The notes under the pieces were generated by a model. It ran no database searches. It had not been told where the DNA came from and was given only the letters and a program-made list of their open reading frames with translations. This document shows positions 30,611-43,491 of a stretch of DNA of 64,000 nt, piece by piece. This stretch comes from Chrysomallon squamiferum (taxonomy: Eukaryota > Animalia > Mollusca). The stretch lies in NCBI GenBank assembly GCA_012295275.1, contig CM022670.1, positions 39,060,001 to 39,124,000 of the forward strand. The letters are read 5' to 3'. Made by a program: the position numbers and the translations under genes. Within the stretch, counting starts at the first letter, position 1; each line of letters opens with the position of its first letter.

Positions 30611-32916
30611 TTTAAATGCTGATTTAGATCTTAAAAGACCATTTTGAAAAGAGAATCCATTTTAAAAATAATAAAATAAATTGTTGTTATTTAAGGACTA
30701 TTTTGTTTTATTATATATAGTTTTTGTAGGCGAAAGCGAAATCAATGCGCATGAATCTGCTACTCTCGAGAGCAGTGAGTTGTAGGGGGTTTGTATTGTC
30801 GGGTGACAGTTCCCGCATATGTCACACTATTTGCACTCTTAACGGTAGCCGCAGCGGATAAAACAGCAGTCAGTGTTCGTTATTGAAAATAACATCGTTT
30901 AATTATGACTGAAGTGTTTTAACACGCGCCTCGTTGTTCAATAACCTGCTCGTTGTATTTCAACAACCAGGTGGCAACATCCTGCTTTCTCTGCCACGTG
31001 CCAGGTGTGGACAACGTGCACGCCATTCGGCTAGTCACATTAAGGCGATGACATCATACAGTCGTGTGCACGGCCCAGCCAGCATTCTTAATACAACGCT
31101 GACGGAAAAGTTAAAGATGGCACCGAGTTCAGTCTAGTGCTTGAGAATGTCTTCGGTTCTCAGTCAAAAATGTTCTCGAGAACTGATGCAACAAAGCGGA
31201 GTTTCTTTAACAGCACCTCGATCCATTGACTATTAATATGATATATAATATATTAATATGTCTTCTGAGTTATGCAAGATGATGACGTTAGTATTTTTGA
31301 TTCACGCACACAGTAAAAACATCTGACAACCTCGCCTTGATGACTAAGTATTCCACATTAAGTTGGTGTTTATTTTCGGAATCGTAAACGCATTGTTCTT
31401 GGTTCCATTTCCGTTGTGCTAAATATAACCACAGACTGCTGTGAAGAAAAGTGAATTTAAAAAAAAATAATAATAATAATAAATAAATAACAAGACTGAA
31501 CTACTTACAGAAATGTCGACTTTTATTATAATAAATGATTTATTATTCAGTTTGATTTTCAAAAATAATTAAGTTTCCAACTCACACTAAATCTGCAATC
31601 GTAAGCAATCAAAGTTTGTGGTAATCGTTTCTGTGATGAAGAAAGAAAAGAAATGTAAATATCAGATGTAAAATACTACAGCACTACACTGATGGTCAGT
31701 GATGGTCAGATGACTATTCTTTATTTTTCGAATTCACAGATATACTCTCGATATGTACGTTACTAACAGCACTAGATAATGAACCTTTCAAAAAACATTA
31801 CATTAATATAACACACACACACACATTTAAGTGGGTTATTTTCAATAAACTTATTACCCAATAATTTAGACTTGCACAACAGTTAACAAAACAAACAAAT
31901 CTTTGACTGGTTTTTAAAATCAGTAATTTTGACTTGCACAACAGTTAACAAAATGAACAAATCTTTATGTTCAATTGATATTTAAAATCCCCACGTTTGT
32001 GAGAGTTTTTAAAGTATATATATATGTATATATACACATTCCCTTGTTCAGTTTCTCTCCATTCTTGCATGCTGTATAAGTAAAATCAAACAAATGTTTC
32101 CCTTCATGGATGTACACACTTTGTAGGTGTACCCTAACCTATATACACAATATAAATCATTACTTTTTACACATCTGTTTCCCATATTCCAGCTTAACAG
32201 GAAGGAGCAATATTAGGGCAACTAAACTAATTGTAAATACATTTACATCTTTAAGTGTTAGCAGTGTTTAACAGTGTTAAGACTGTTGATCACATTTGTG
32301 AAATATTATGTTATTAAATAAACTTCAAAAAAATTATTAAAAAAAAAGAAAATCAAATTCTAGAATTCTTGACTTTGGATTATTTGACTGTCGTAGAAAT
32401 GTAATGTCTTAAACTGAATTTGACATGTACAGGAATTTGCACCATTAAAAATTAGATGACATTTTTAATAAAAATATTTTTGTGTAAATTCCTTTAATCG
32501 TTCATTTGAGCATGTAAGAAAATATCAAAATATATAAAAAAGAATCATCATCAGCAGCAGTTCATTTGACTAAATAAAAATACAAAAATATGTTACTAAA
32601 AATAATTAAACCATCAAAACACAACAGAAAAAAACTTACCGTAAGTCACAATGCATAACTTATTTCGTAAAACAGAAAAGTGGAATAAAATTAATCACAG
32701 AAATGGTTGTATACGTAATGCTGAGTGCCCATAACCACAATAACATTTATAAACTATGAAATAAACTGTACCTCTTGCATAACCAGCAGTTTTTACAAAT
32801 AACCCATTAAACAGTGATTTATATTTAATTACACAATTTTTTACATTCACAGATCTGTAAAATAAAACAAATACAATAAAATCAGCATCAACACTGAAAC
32901 AGATCTATACATCTGT

Positions 32917-32950
<34 letters not shown>

Positions 32951-33863
32951 GAATATGTATACATGCATATACATATATATATAAACCTACTCCAATAATG
33001 TACAGGTGTTCTTTTTTAACAATTACTATCAACATGTTTTTATAGGTGTTTTGCTAGTAACACTAAACATGTCAGACATCATATAGTTATTATTATTATC
33101 ATTATCATCATTATTGCTTTTATAATGAAAAAGATTTTATTTCAAGCAGTGGATGCTGTTATAAAAAAATAAAAAATTACCACTACCTTTTTTTTTTTTT
33201 TTTTTTTTTGTATACACATTTAATATAATAAACAGCATATAAAAGATATAAAAATATGATTATTGTTAACACTCTAGTATAAAAATATCTGATGTTCCTC
33301 ATTCAATATAGAATATAAAAGTAGAAAAAACTGAAGTGATATTAATTTCCATACCAAAACAATACTGAATCATCAGAGTAGAAAAATAATTATACAAAAT
33401 TTTTGATATTAAATTAAAATTCTGCTTACACATTGTATTTCAACCTGTACAAAAATAACTTAAATTTTTAATTTTTTAATTTTAAGAGACTGATTGTTAA
33501 ATTAATTCTATATATTTCTTTTTATATTAAAAAAAAAAAAAATTAAAATTAATTACATACATTAATATATCACAATATAAAGATATACATATATATAAAT
33601 ATATATTAAACTTCATACAATACAAACACAATATACCACTGTAACATTAAACTCAATGCTATTTCATGGCTGTCATCTTGAATGGCAAACATTTTGTAAC
33701 TGAAAAACTATAACATGCTGCCCATTTATCTACATAAACTATTAAAATAAATTTTAAAAATAATAAATATATATATATATATACACATACATACATACAT
33801 ACGTATACTGTCACATTTGCCTACACATAATTAAAATATTGCTTAGGAATTTGCTACTGGTTA

Positions 33864-34002
33864 TTATACTGGGTTGCCATGGAATGATCTATGAATATAT
33901 GGCTTCCTCCTTCTAAAGGGACATAACCAACAGATCATCCACAAGTTAGAGTTACCTCCACACAGCTCTCTGTAGCCTTCAATCAGAGACCTGAATTCCA
34001 TT
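33864..34002 (-). CDS. ZDHHC21: ZDHHC21 coding exon 7 (terminal)
   Basis: ttgcag|(E)[45 protein letters not shown] (TAA TAA); resembles the vertebrate C-terminus ILWFIPFRQR. Confidence 0.88.
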
Positions 34003-34161
34003 CTGCAAATAACAGAGTATGACAGTAAAATGTCACATTTACTATACTGTTAGAGAAATCAGCATTTTAGTATAAATTTTACTCTGAAAATGTTATTAAT
34101 GTTCAAATCAGAGTTTGCTTTATTCTTTTTATAATACACACACAAAATACAAGTAAACAAA

Positions 34162-34195
<34 letters not shown>

Positions 34196-34637
34196 GTAGA
34201 TACATTATATATATATTTTTTTTTTTTCAGGCAATGGATATATAAGTAAGCAAGCATTTTAGTCTATATTCAGAATATTGTAAAACAACAGGTATATTTT
34301 AAATTAATTCTTATTTTTGTTGTATATTGTATATTGTGAAAAATATTTTAAAATTTTGAAATTAATAATAAATTATTTAATGTTTTTACAATATTAGTTA
34401 AGTAACAGCATACATTTGTCTGCTCAAATAATTATTAATTTTTAATTAACAAAATTTATAATAAATAATAATAATTCAATATTACTTGTAATAATATAAT
34501 ATAAAAGTTTAGTTATAATATACCATCGCCTGCATAAAGAAGTATAAATAAATAAATAAACAAATACATAAATAAAAAAATAAAAAAATAAATAAATAAA
34601 CAAACAAACAAACAAACAAAAAACCCAAACAAACATA

Positions 34638-34668
<31 letters not shown>

Positions 34669-37600
34669 AAATAAACTACACAGTGACATTCTTCAAAGTG
34701 ACACGCGTTCTCTTATAAACATTTGCTGGGGAAAGGACTCTCATCTCTAAAAAAAAAACGCGGTGCCTCTTTATCTGCTTTAGAAGACAAACAACAGCAG
34801 CAGCAGCAGCAGCAGCACTCACACAGCAACCTCTGTGCTGAGGTCTGAACACATCAGCTGATTGCCGGTTCCTCCGGCAGACAGAAATACTCTACCTGAA
34901 TGTGGCCCTTGCCCCCCATGCGCTTCAACCATCCCGATTGCCTAAGACAGTAACTAATGCTAGACATAGCTAACTAATTGGCAGCAGACTCCATTCCACA
35001 GAAGTCTGCCGTACACACAGAGGAGGGAAGCAATGATTTAATCAAGCCTGCCCCCATTACTGCAGCTCAAAGGGAAAGGTGTTAGCTAGGTCATGACTGT
35101 CTGTTGGGTAATAAAGCAGGCTCACCAGACCATGAACCAGTCTGATAAGCTGCCAGATACAAAAAAAAGTTTTGTTTTTTTTAAAAAAAGAAAAAGAACA
35201 CGAGGAGAATGAAAAAAAAAATTAAAAAAAAATTAAACGAATGTCAAGGTGATTCTTAAAATATTGACCTGTGGGATGTAAGCACTTTTCGATTAACATA
35301 TGCAGGCAATTCCAGCTTCTCTCTCTCTCTCTCTCTCGTTTTTTTTTTTTTTTGCACAGAATTTTGATCTAAGATGCAGACATTAAATTTGGAAATTATG
35401 TCAGAGACACATGTTATTTCTGAATCAATATTTAGTAACAAAGCCAGACAATGCATTATGGCTTAGTGCACAAAGGAAAGGCTTGGTGTGAGATAGGTTG
35501 CTGGATCGACACTCACTGACGTATTCAATTCATGTTTTCTTTTTTATTTGTTTTTTCTCTTCTCTTCTTTTGTCTCTCTCTCTTTTTTCTCTCTCTCTCT
35601 CTCCATCCCTTAGCCAGTTTCTCACAAATGATTTATCAAAAGCAATATGATTTGTCTTCCTACCTGTGAGAAGGTCTTTTTTTTTTTAAAACTACTGCTG
35701 CTAATTCATGAGTGTTGCCGATTCATAAATTAGATTCCTACTAACCAATAATAGGAAAGTTTTATAATTTTTATAAAACTTTTTTTTTTTAGGAATTTAA
35801 TAATAACAATAATGCATTTTTAGGTATTTAATAATAATAATAATGCATTTTTAGGTATTTAATAATAATAATAATAATGCATTTTTAGGTATTTAATAGT
35901 AATAAAAATAATGCAGTTTGAGAGGTTTAAAAGAAACATCTTAATCGGCATTATTGTTACTACTACTATTACTATTATTTTAATTATTATTATTAATTAT
36001 TATTATTATTATTATTGTTACATGTATATTAAAATGAACCTATAGATAATACTATTACTTTTTGTTATGTTTATTCAAAACAAAAATAAAATACTATTCT
36101 GAAACCAAAGTATATTGTTAAAATTTTTTAAAATCTTTAAAAAAAAAAAATGTTTTAAAACAGTCTAAAATAATTAAATTTGTAATATTCCAGACAAATT
36201 AATATATTTCCTCCTCCATATAAATACAATCAAATGGCTCCTTGATTTACCATTTTGTATAAACAAAACAATCCGGACATTTTTACAAGTTTCAGGTGCA
36301 GTGACGTAATCAATCCACAACAACAGTTACATAACAACACAACTTCTGGCTAGCAACATTCATCATCTTTACCCACAATGCAACAGGCTGTTTCAATCAA
36401 GAAGGGGTCATTAACTAATGGTTATTCTCCATTACCCACAATGCAAGCTTCAGGCCACCTATGATTATAGACTTTTTTGTAACATTTCAAAACCCGCAAA
36501 GTATTGGTACACGTGTACTTAATGAAAGCCTGTAGACACAACAGCCTCATTTGTGATTCTCAGTTCTGCAGACAGGAAGTTTAAGTCTGCAGACGCAACA
36601 TGTCAGCCGTGGTCACCTGAACTGATGTTTGTGTTGTTATTATCATCATTGAGTTCAAAATGGATTCAGACTGACTGTCCAAACAAGAGGAAGAAAGGAA
36701 ACCACTGCCAGTTACTTTTTATGATTAGAAATTAATAAATGAATTTTTTTTTTTTCCAACAACTTCTCAACACATTTTTAATGATTAATGATTATTAGGT
36801 GTCAAGTATATATGACTGAGATGTATTGCTCATCTTGAGCTGGTGTTTGGGCGTGATGGTAACAGAATTCCTGATTTAATAGAACTCTTAATGTTGGTGG
36901 GGGTTTTCAGGTATAAAACGTGGGTGATGAAGATTGCTTTTTAACAACAATACCTTAGACACACACAGACATATTTTTTTGACATAAATTTTCCTGCCAA
37001 GAATCCGACTGTTGTGTTCCTCTCCAAATGACTGCACAGATACATCTGTCATTAAAGAACAGCACACCACTGTCTTTGTTTCGCAACGAGATTTTCAAAA
37101 AGAATTCTCTCATTCTGCATTCTCCATTACCAAGCTTAGAGATATAGCGTTTCTGTCATCAATATTACCAGATTCATAGACACTGAGTGTACACTCAAAA
37201 AAAAATAAGCAGAAGTTCAAGGTCATTAACACAGCAGCATTTTTTTTTTTTTTTTTTTTATTAAATTTACAAATTATTTATTGACTGATTTACTGATTTA
37301 TTACACAACAAATATTTATATCTGAAAAAATCAGAAAACCAAAAAGAATAATAATATTTTAAAAAATCAGCATTATTTTAAAACAATATCACTGCAGGTT
37401 TGTACTGAAGAAGCTCATCATGTTTGTTTCGAAGGAGATAAAATTATATAAATGGTTTAGGGAAACGATGCAAGTGAAATTCAAATCCCCAAAATAACTA
37501 AACACAGAAATATTCTTAGTTACTGTGGAAATAAAAGATGACACCTATGATTATGATAATAATAAGTGAGAAAAAGAATTTTAGAAGGAAATTTGGTAAC

Positions 37601-40600
37601 TCATTTGTTAAAAATGCCCTGGCTCATTATACCTATTTCACTGGACCTGTTATTCGAAATGAATTTCTAGTTATTTTTTAAATTATAATTATAGACATAT
37701 TAATAACATTGTTTTTATTTTTCTAGTGTAGAGATTTTAAATAAATTTATCAGTTAAAGCAATAATCTTTCATTCCTTAGTATTAAATGTAACAAGGGAG
37801 GTAACTCTTGCTGGAAATACTTTTACATCTGCCATTAATATGGAATTTTTTTATATATATACACATGTTTATTATAATAATAATAATGAATCTATTTATT
37901 TATATATTTATTTATTAATATTTTGAGGTTATGGGCTAAAACAGAAAACCAGACTTTTGATTTAAAAAAAATATATATATATATATATATGGTCTATAAT
38001 TATTAAAATACTTCAAATGCCTAAATACTGAAAGCAATGTCTTCTGTGTTTTAAACAAATTTTATATATATATATATATATTTCTTTCACATACCCAAGT
38101 GATGTTTTTTTTTTATATATTTTAAATATGCACTATTAATTATATTTCAAAAAAAGTTTACAAAGCTTTTCAATGTTTATAACAAAAACTGATCTGTCAG
38201 TTCCATGGCAGAAAATTGTAATAAAAATAAAGATAAAAAGCATCAAAGTAATTACAAACTTGTATACTCAGATACAAATATAAAAAAATATTTATTTATT
38301 TATGAACAAATTAGAAGAAGAATTGTTAAAAGTCACTGATGCTTTATGGATGTAATTATATTCAGCCACATTATAAAAATAATAATTACAATAATTATTT
38401 ATTGAATAAATTAATTTGTGACTTACTCTAATGGGTTCACTGGATGTTGCATATTTTCCAGCGTTGTCCTGTTCTGAAATATTTCATACAAATAATTATA
38501 AAACGTAAATGTAAATAATAAACAACACTGAATGAAAATTATATATTACATGTATTTATATATATCAAAATGTGTGTTTGTGTGTGTAAACATGTTTGTA
38601 TTTGTGTGTGACTGTGTTTATGTTTGTGCCTATATCTGTATTTGTTTGTGTAAACATACAGTGATGGACTGACAGACACTTGTACACAACACTTTCACAA
38701 AAACTAAAATCAAATATTTATTTCATTTAAATAAATATAACATTCACATTATAAAATAACCTGTTACATTTAACACAAATGCAAGATATCTGTTCCAGTT
38801 AACTACTAATGTTATACTTACTATCATGAGATTAAAATTCTGACCAATCAGCTGAATAATCATCATCATGCCCATATTAAATGCTAATACGGTCATAAGA
38901 TACATAAACCAGATACTGTGTTTTATATAGAATGCCTCCTGAAATGAAAATTAATAAATTACGGTGGTTTTACATTCTGTGATAAGAAAAAAACCCACAT
39001 AGTATACACTTTACATACTGTTCCTGAAAATGAATGATATATATATATATATATATATATCCTGAAAACCAATCCTGTTATTAAATTTTTTAAACTGACC
39101 AGCCATTAGATTTCTTACAGCATTCGAATTAAATGAAATCAGCATAAAGAAATAATAATCATATAATTTTTTTACCAATAATGCAGTTATAATGAACTGG
39201 AAGATATAAATTAATACTGTATTTTTGTGTTGCAGTTTAATATAAAAAAAAAATAAAAAAATAACCAATTTGGTGGGGGAGAGTTTTTTCTGGGGTTTTT
39301 ATTTGTTTTTAAATTTTTATAGTTGTGGGTCATGTTTGTTGTTTGTTTTATTCATCAAATTACACAGAATAAAATAGACTTACATGATCACAGCTTTTAC
39401 ACTTTGGGTACACCCAGAAATGCAACATGCACAAAACAAAAGCCATGGCTGACAGCAAGCAAGCGTAAAACAGCAGTAAAATGAATGCATAGTGATTATC
39501 TGCCCCTACACAGTTGTTTATCCTGAAAAAAGATAAATAATAATAAATATATAAATAAATAAATTAATAAATAAATAAATAAATAAATAAACAATAGATA
39601 AAGAAATAAAAAAAAAATAATACATACAGAAAAAAAAATAATAATAATACACACAGAAATAAATAAATAAATAATACATACAGTAGTAAATAAACAAATA
39701 ATAAATATATAAATAAATAAACAATACATAGAGAAATAAATAAATAATACATACAGAAATAAATAAATAAATAATACATAGAGAAATAAGTAAATAAATT
39801 TTAAAAAATTGAAAAATCAACATCAAATTAATTTTAATGACAACTTTCAAAACTGTATGACATTTAACATTTTTTTTTTTACTAAAGATTAAAGATTAAA
39901 ATACCTTCCTTTATAAAGAATATTAAACATTTCACCAACAATGTTGCTAAACTGTTTAAAAATATACATTAAAAATACACACTCCTTTCTCTACATTTTT
40001 TTGTGTGTGTGTGTAATTGAACAAAGTTTAATTCACTCAGATAACTTTAATAACAATAATGACAAGAAAAATCAATATGGCTGCCACCTACCATGGGCAG
40101 TGGTGGTCCATGCGCATCACACACTGACGGCATCGTCTACAGTGATGTGCTCTAGCTGGGCGTTTCCGATTACACACTTTACAAAATGTCGCGTTTTCTT
40201 CTTCTATCGTTTATAAGATAAAAGATACAAAAATATTTATTACCATTATTAAACTTTTACAAAATCCCCAACTAAACAAACTTAATAAAAAAAATAAAAA
40301 AATCTCTAAAAATTTCAAATGATCAGTTTAAATGAGTTTAATTTTTCTGTACATTAAAAAGATGATAAAAAAAAAAAAAGTATGCTTATTTATTTAAACT
40401 TTCTCTCAGTTAGTATTTATATCAGTCTGCATGATTATAGTAGATAAAATTAAATAAAAACACTATTATACTTAAAACAAAAGAAACAGACATAGACAGC
40501 ACTGTAATATAAGATGACAATTTGCTCTTAGAATAAACTATTTCAAAAAGGAAAATAAAGATATAAAATTAACACACAGAACATATAAATATAAATATCA

Positions 40601-41853
40601 TCAAATTACAATCTTAACAAGAAACATTTAATTTAAATTGAATGATTGAATGTTTAACAACACCCTAACATACAAAAAAAAACCCAGATTTCAGTACAAT
40701 TTCATTTATGCATGTATTTCTGAAGAATAACGATGACCTATAAGTTGATGATAAGTCTAGAAATGACTGATAATGCTGTGTGAAATAAATAACTAACCTG
40801 ATAAAAAATCATCACCGGTAAGTGGTACCCTGCCTGGATTCAAGGTGGCTGCTCTTGCCAATGAAGCAATACACATAGCAGATACAAAAAGGTAAACTGA
40901 AATAGATTGGTGAATATTATTTTTATAAATTTTTATTTCAAAGAAAGAAACTTTTTACTGCCATTACAAACCCAAACAGATTTTATAAGAGTTTTAAAGC
41001 TGATTTGTTTTTTTGATTATTATTTCATTTCATTTTGATTCGATTTGATTTGATTCATTTTGATTCAATGCAATTTATTATTATTTATTGTTTTTGTTTG
41101 TTTATTGTTTTTAAATAGAATTAGTCAGAATAGCAAGTCATTTAAATACTTTCAAGATCTAGTGAGATTGATAACAATATAAATAATTAAATTAATTAAA
41201 AACATTCTAAAAATAAACAGAAATAACAAATATTTTGTTTACATCACATATATATTTATAGCCAGATTTTTATATATTTATGATACAAAGCAGCATGATA
41301 TTTCAGAGTAATATTATTGATAAATTTTCAGTGACTATTTATTTCATACTAAGTGAAAAAAGATACAGTATTTTGTTAACAATCATTGTTATACAGTGGA
41401 GGTTTTTTTCTGCTTTCAGCCTAATTTTAATGGAAATTACACTGACCGTACAACATACCAAAATTACATTAAGAAAAAAAATTAATTAACGGTTTCATTA
41501 TAGGAGTTTAATATAATTTTTAAATATGTATTTGTGCTTCTTTAGTTACTGATATAGTGTCATGTTTAGCAGTTATAGACACCTGAAATGTTTAAAAACG
41601 TACGTGCTATTTTATATCCAGATATGTACCCATCATAGTATCCTGGAAGGAGGACAATAAACAAAGGTGTAAAAGTTCCATAAATCCAGTACCAAACAAC
41701 AAACAGCAGCTGCATAATCCCATATTTATCTTTCACAAAGTGGATCCGACCAATCAGGGGACATTTTGTCACGGAAATCTGATCAGAGTATTCACTGGTG
41801 GGCTGCGATGAGGAAATCACCCCTTTGAATCCATTCAGTATGGCTATGTCCAT
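33864..41853 (-). CDS. ZDHHC21: DHHC palmitoyltransferase, ZDHHC21-like, whole spliced CDS span (7 exons, 903 nt, 300 aa)
   Basis: Phase-consistent exons encode GRIHFVKD (cf. vertebrate ZDHHC21 LRIHFVVD), TM segments, [51 protein letters not shown] and C-terminal WLCPFRRR. Confidence 0.9.
38427..38473 (-). CDS. ZDHHC21: ZDHHC21 coding exon 6 (TTxE motif)
   Basis: cag|[15 protein letters not shown]|gtaagt; phase 0->2. Confidence 0.9.
38822..38938 (-). CDS. ZDHHC21: ZDHHC21 coding exon 5 (TM4)
   Basis: cag|[39 protein letters not shown]|gtaagt; phase 0->0. Confidence 0.9.
39384..39522 (-). CDS. ZDHHC21: ZDHHC21 coding exon 4
   Basis: cag|[46 protein letters not shown]|gtaagt; phase 2->0. Confidence 0.94.
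40092..40203 (-). CDS. ZDHHC21: ZDHHC21 coding exon 3 (DHHC cysteine-rich domain)
   Basis: tag|(E)[36 protein letters not shown](W)|gtaggt; phase 1->2; NAGNAG-type acceptor so the start may shift by 3 nt. Confidence 0.95.
40798..40896 (-). CDS. ZDHHC21: ZDHHC21 coding exon 2
   Basis: ttcag|(L)[32 protein letters not shown]|gttagt; phase 1->1. Confidence 0.9.
41604..41853 (-). CDS. ZDHHC21: ZDHHC21 coding exon 1
   Basis: Acceptor tttgcag ending at 41882; MDIAIL...[49 protein letters not shown]; donor C|gtacgt, phase 1. Confidence 0.88.
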
Positions 41854-42109
41854 CTTGATTTTTCCAACAGTTGCACTGTGTCTGCAAAAATTTTAAAAAA
41901 AAAATTATAGCTAACTGGTATGTGATATACAAAATGAATGTAAAAATTTAAAATTATGTATACATAGTTTTGTCCATTTTTGTTTATATTTGTATAAACT
42001 TCACTGTGAACCAAATAATAGTCATACAAATTTGACCAAACCTCTCTGTATTGTAAATATGAAAAACAGTGTTGGTGTTTTGTATAGTTACAATATTTAA
42101 TATTTTAAT

Positions 42110-42140
<31 letters not shown>

Positions 42141-42383
42141 ATTTATTTATTTATTTAAATAATTCTAAAACGTTTAACAATTAAAAGATGCCAATTCATC
42201 TACCCATCATTTTAGTATTACTGTTGTTTTCTTTCAACTATCATTATTAATATTAACTTAACAGATAAGTAAAATGAAACTGAAAATACATAAATAAGTT
42301 TTTATCATATATTCCACCTTTTCCCTAAATATTTATTTTTAGAAAGCAAGAACAGAAAACCTGAATAATGAAAACTGACTTAC

Positions 42384-42770
42384 TATGTAAATGTTATTTT
42401 TTATCAGCCTCTCAATAACGAGTCCATCAACATTGTATAATCAGCAATTTGCCAATATATGGCGTTACGTAATTCTACTTCTGATTTCCGGGATTTCCGA
42501 TAGATCCCTGTCGCTGGATTTTATGCAGTTTTAGGTTATCTTTTGAAGTTTTTCTTTCGGCGTAATTTTAATTGTTAAGTATCGTGTTTCGTGATGTTGA
42601 ATTTTCGTCTGTGTATTTTTATTTACGTATTATGTCGTCCAGGCAACATAAAGATACACAAATAGTCTCTAAAGACAACCTGTTCTTCACCGCCGTCGAA
42701 GCATGTTTGTGATACCGCCTAAACTTCCGGTGAAGGTTACTCTACAGCAAATTATTTCCCATTGGTCGTG
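42384..42770 (-). promoter_or_regulatory. Probable ZDHHC21 promoter and non-coding first exon
   Basis: Local CpG-rich patch in CpG-poor surroundings; ETS motif CCGGAAGT (42723-42730, minus), CCAAT (42761-42765, minus), consensus donor gtaagt at 42383-42378. Confidence 0.6.
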
Positions 42771-43048
42771 GGTTTTAATGTTTTTGAAACAAGTTAATTT
42801 TCTTTTGGTAACAAGTTCAATATTAAAAAAAAAAAAAAATACATAAATTATTTTATTTTGTAAAATGTTATTTTTTTATTTTTTGAAAATTAAAGCATAC
42901 TAATCATAAATCAATCAGTGTATTTAGATAAAGTTGTATTAGTAAAGTGTACTTGTCATGATGTATTTTCTTTATTACAAAAACAGTAAATATGGAAAGA
43001 GTGAGAGGGAGGAAAATCCTTTTTTAATTATGAAGGTTAAAATATTTC

Positions 43049-43081
<33 letters not shown>

Positions 43082-43265
43082 GTTAACAATTATGCATTAA
43101 ATGATAAAAAGAAAACAAAAGCAATTTACATAAACAAAATAATTTATTTCTCAAGTTAGTAAAATCAAAATAAATTATGAGATATTATATTGCATGTATT
43201 AAAATAATTCTGTATAAAAAGATCTCTATTAAAAAAACAAAAACAAATTACAGGTTTTCTTTAAT

Positions 43266-43300
<35 letters not shown>

Positions 43301-43459
43301 AACATGATTGAATAATTATTCAAAACAGAACAAGAAACACCAGTACTGTTAAAAGAACAGAACAAATGTATTTATAAAAACCCAAACATTTATCACTAAA
43401 CTCTACACATTCAAGAAACAATTTTCAATACATATCAGATTTAAAAAAAAAAAATAACA

Positions 43460-43491
<32 letters not shown>

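Noticed and set aside
36888-37070. 60-aa minus-strand ORF inside the ZDHHC21 last intron
   Set aside because: Non-ATG start, no recognisable motif, and ZDHHC21 is already complete and in phase without it.
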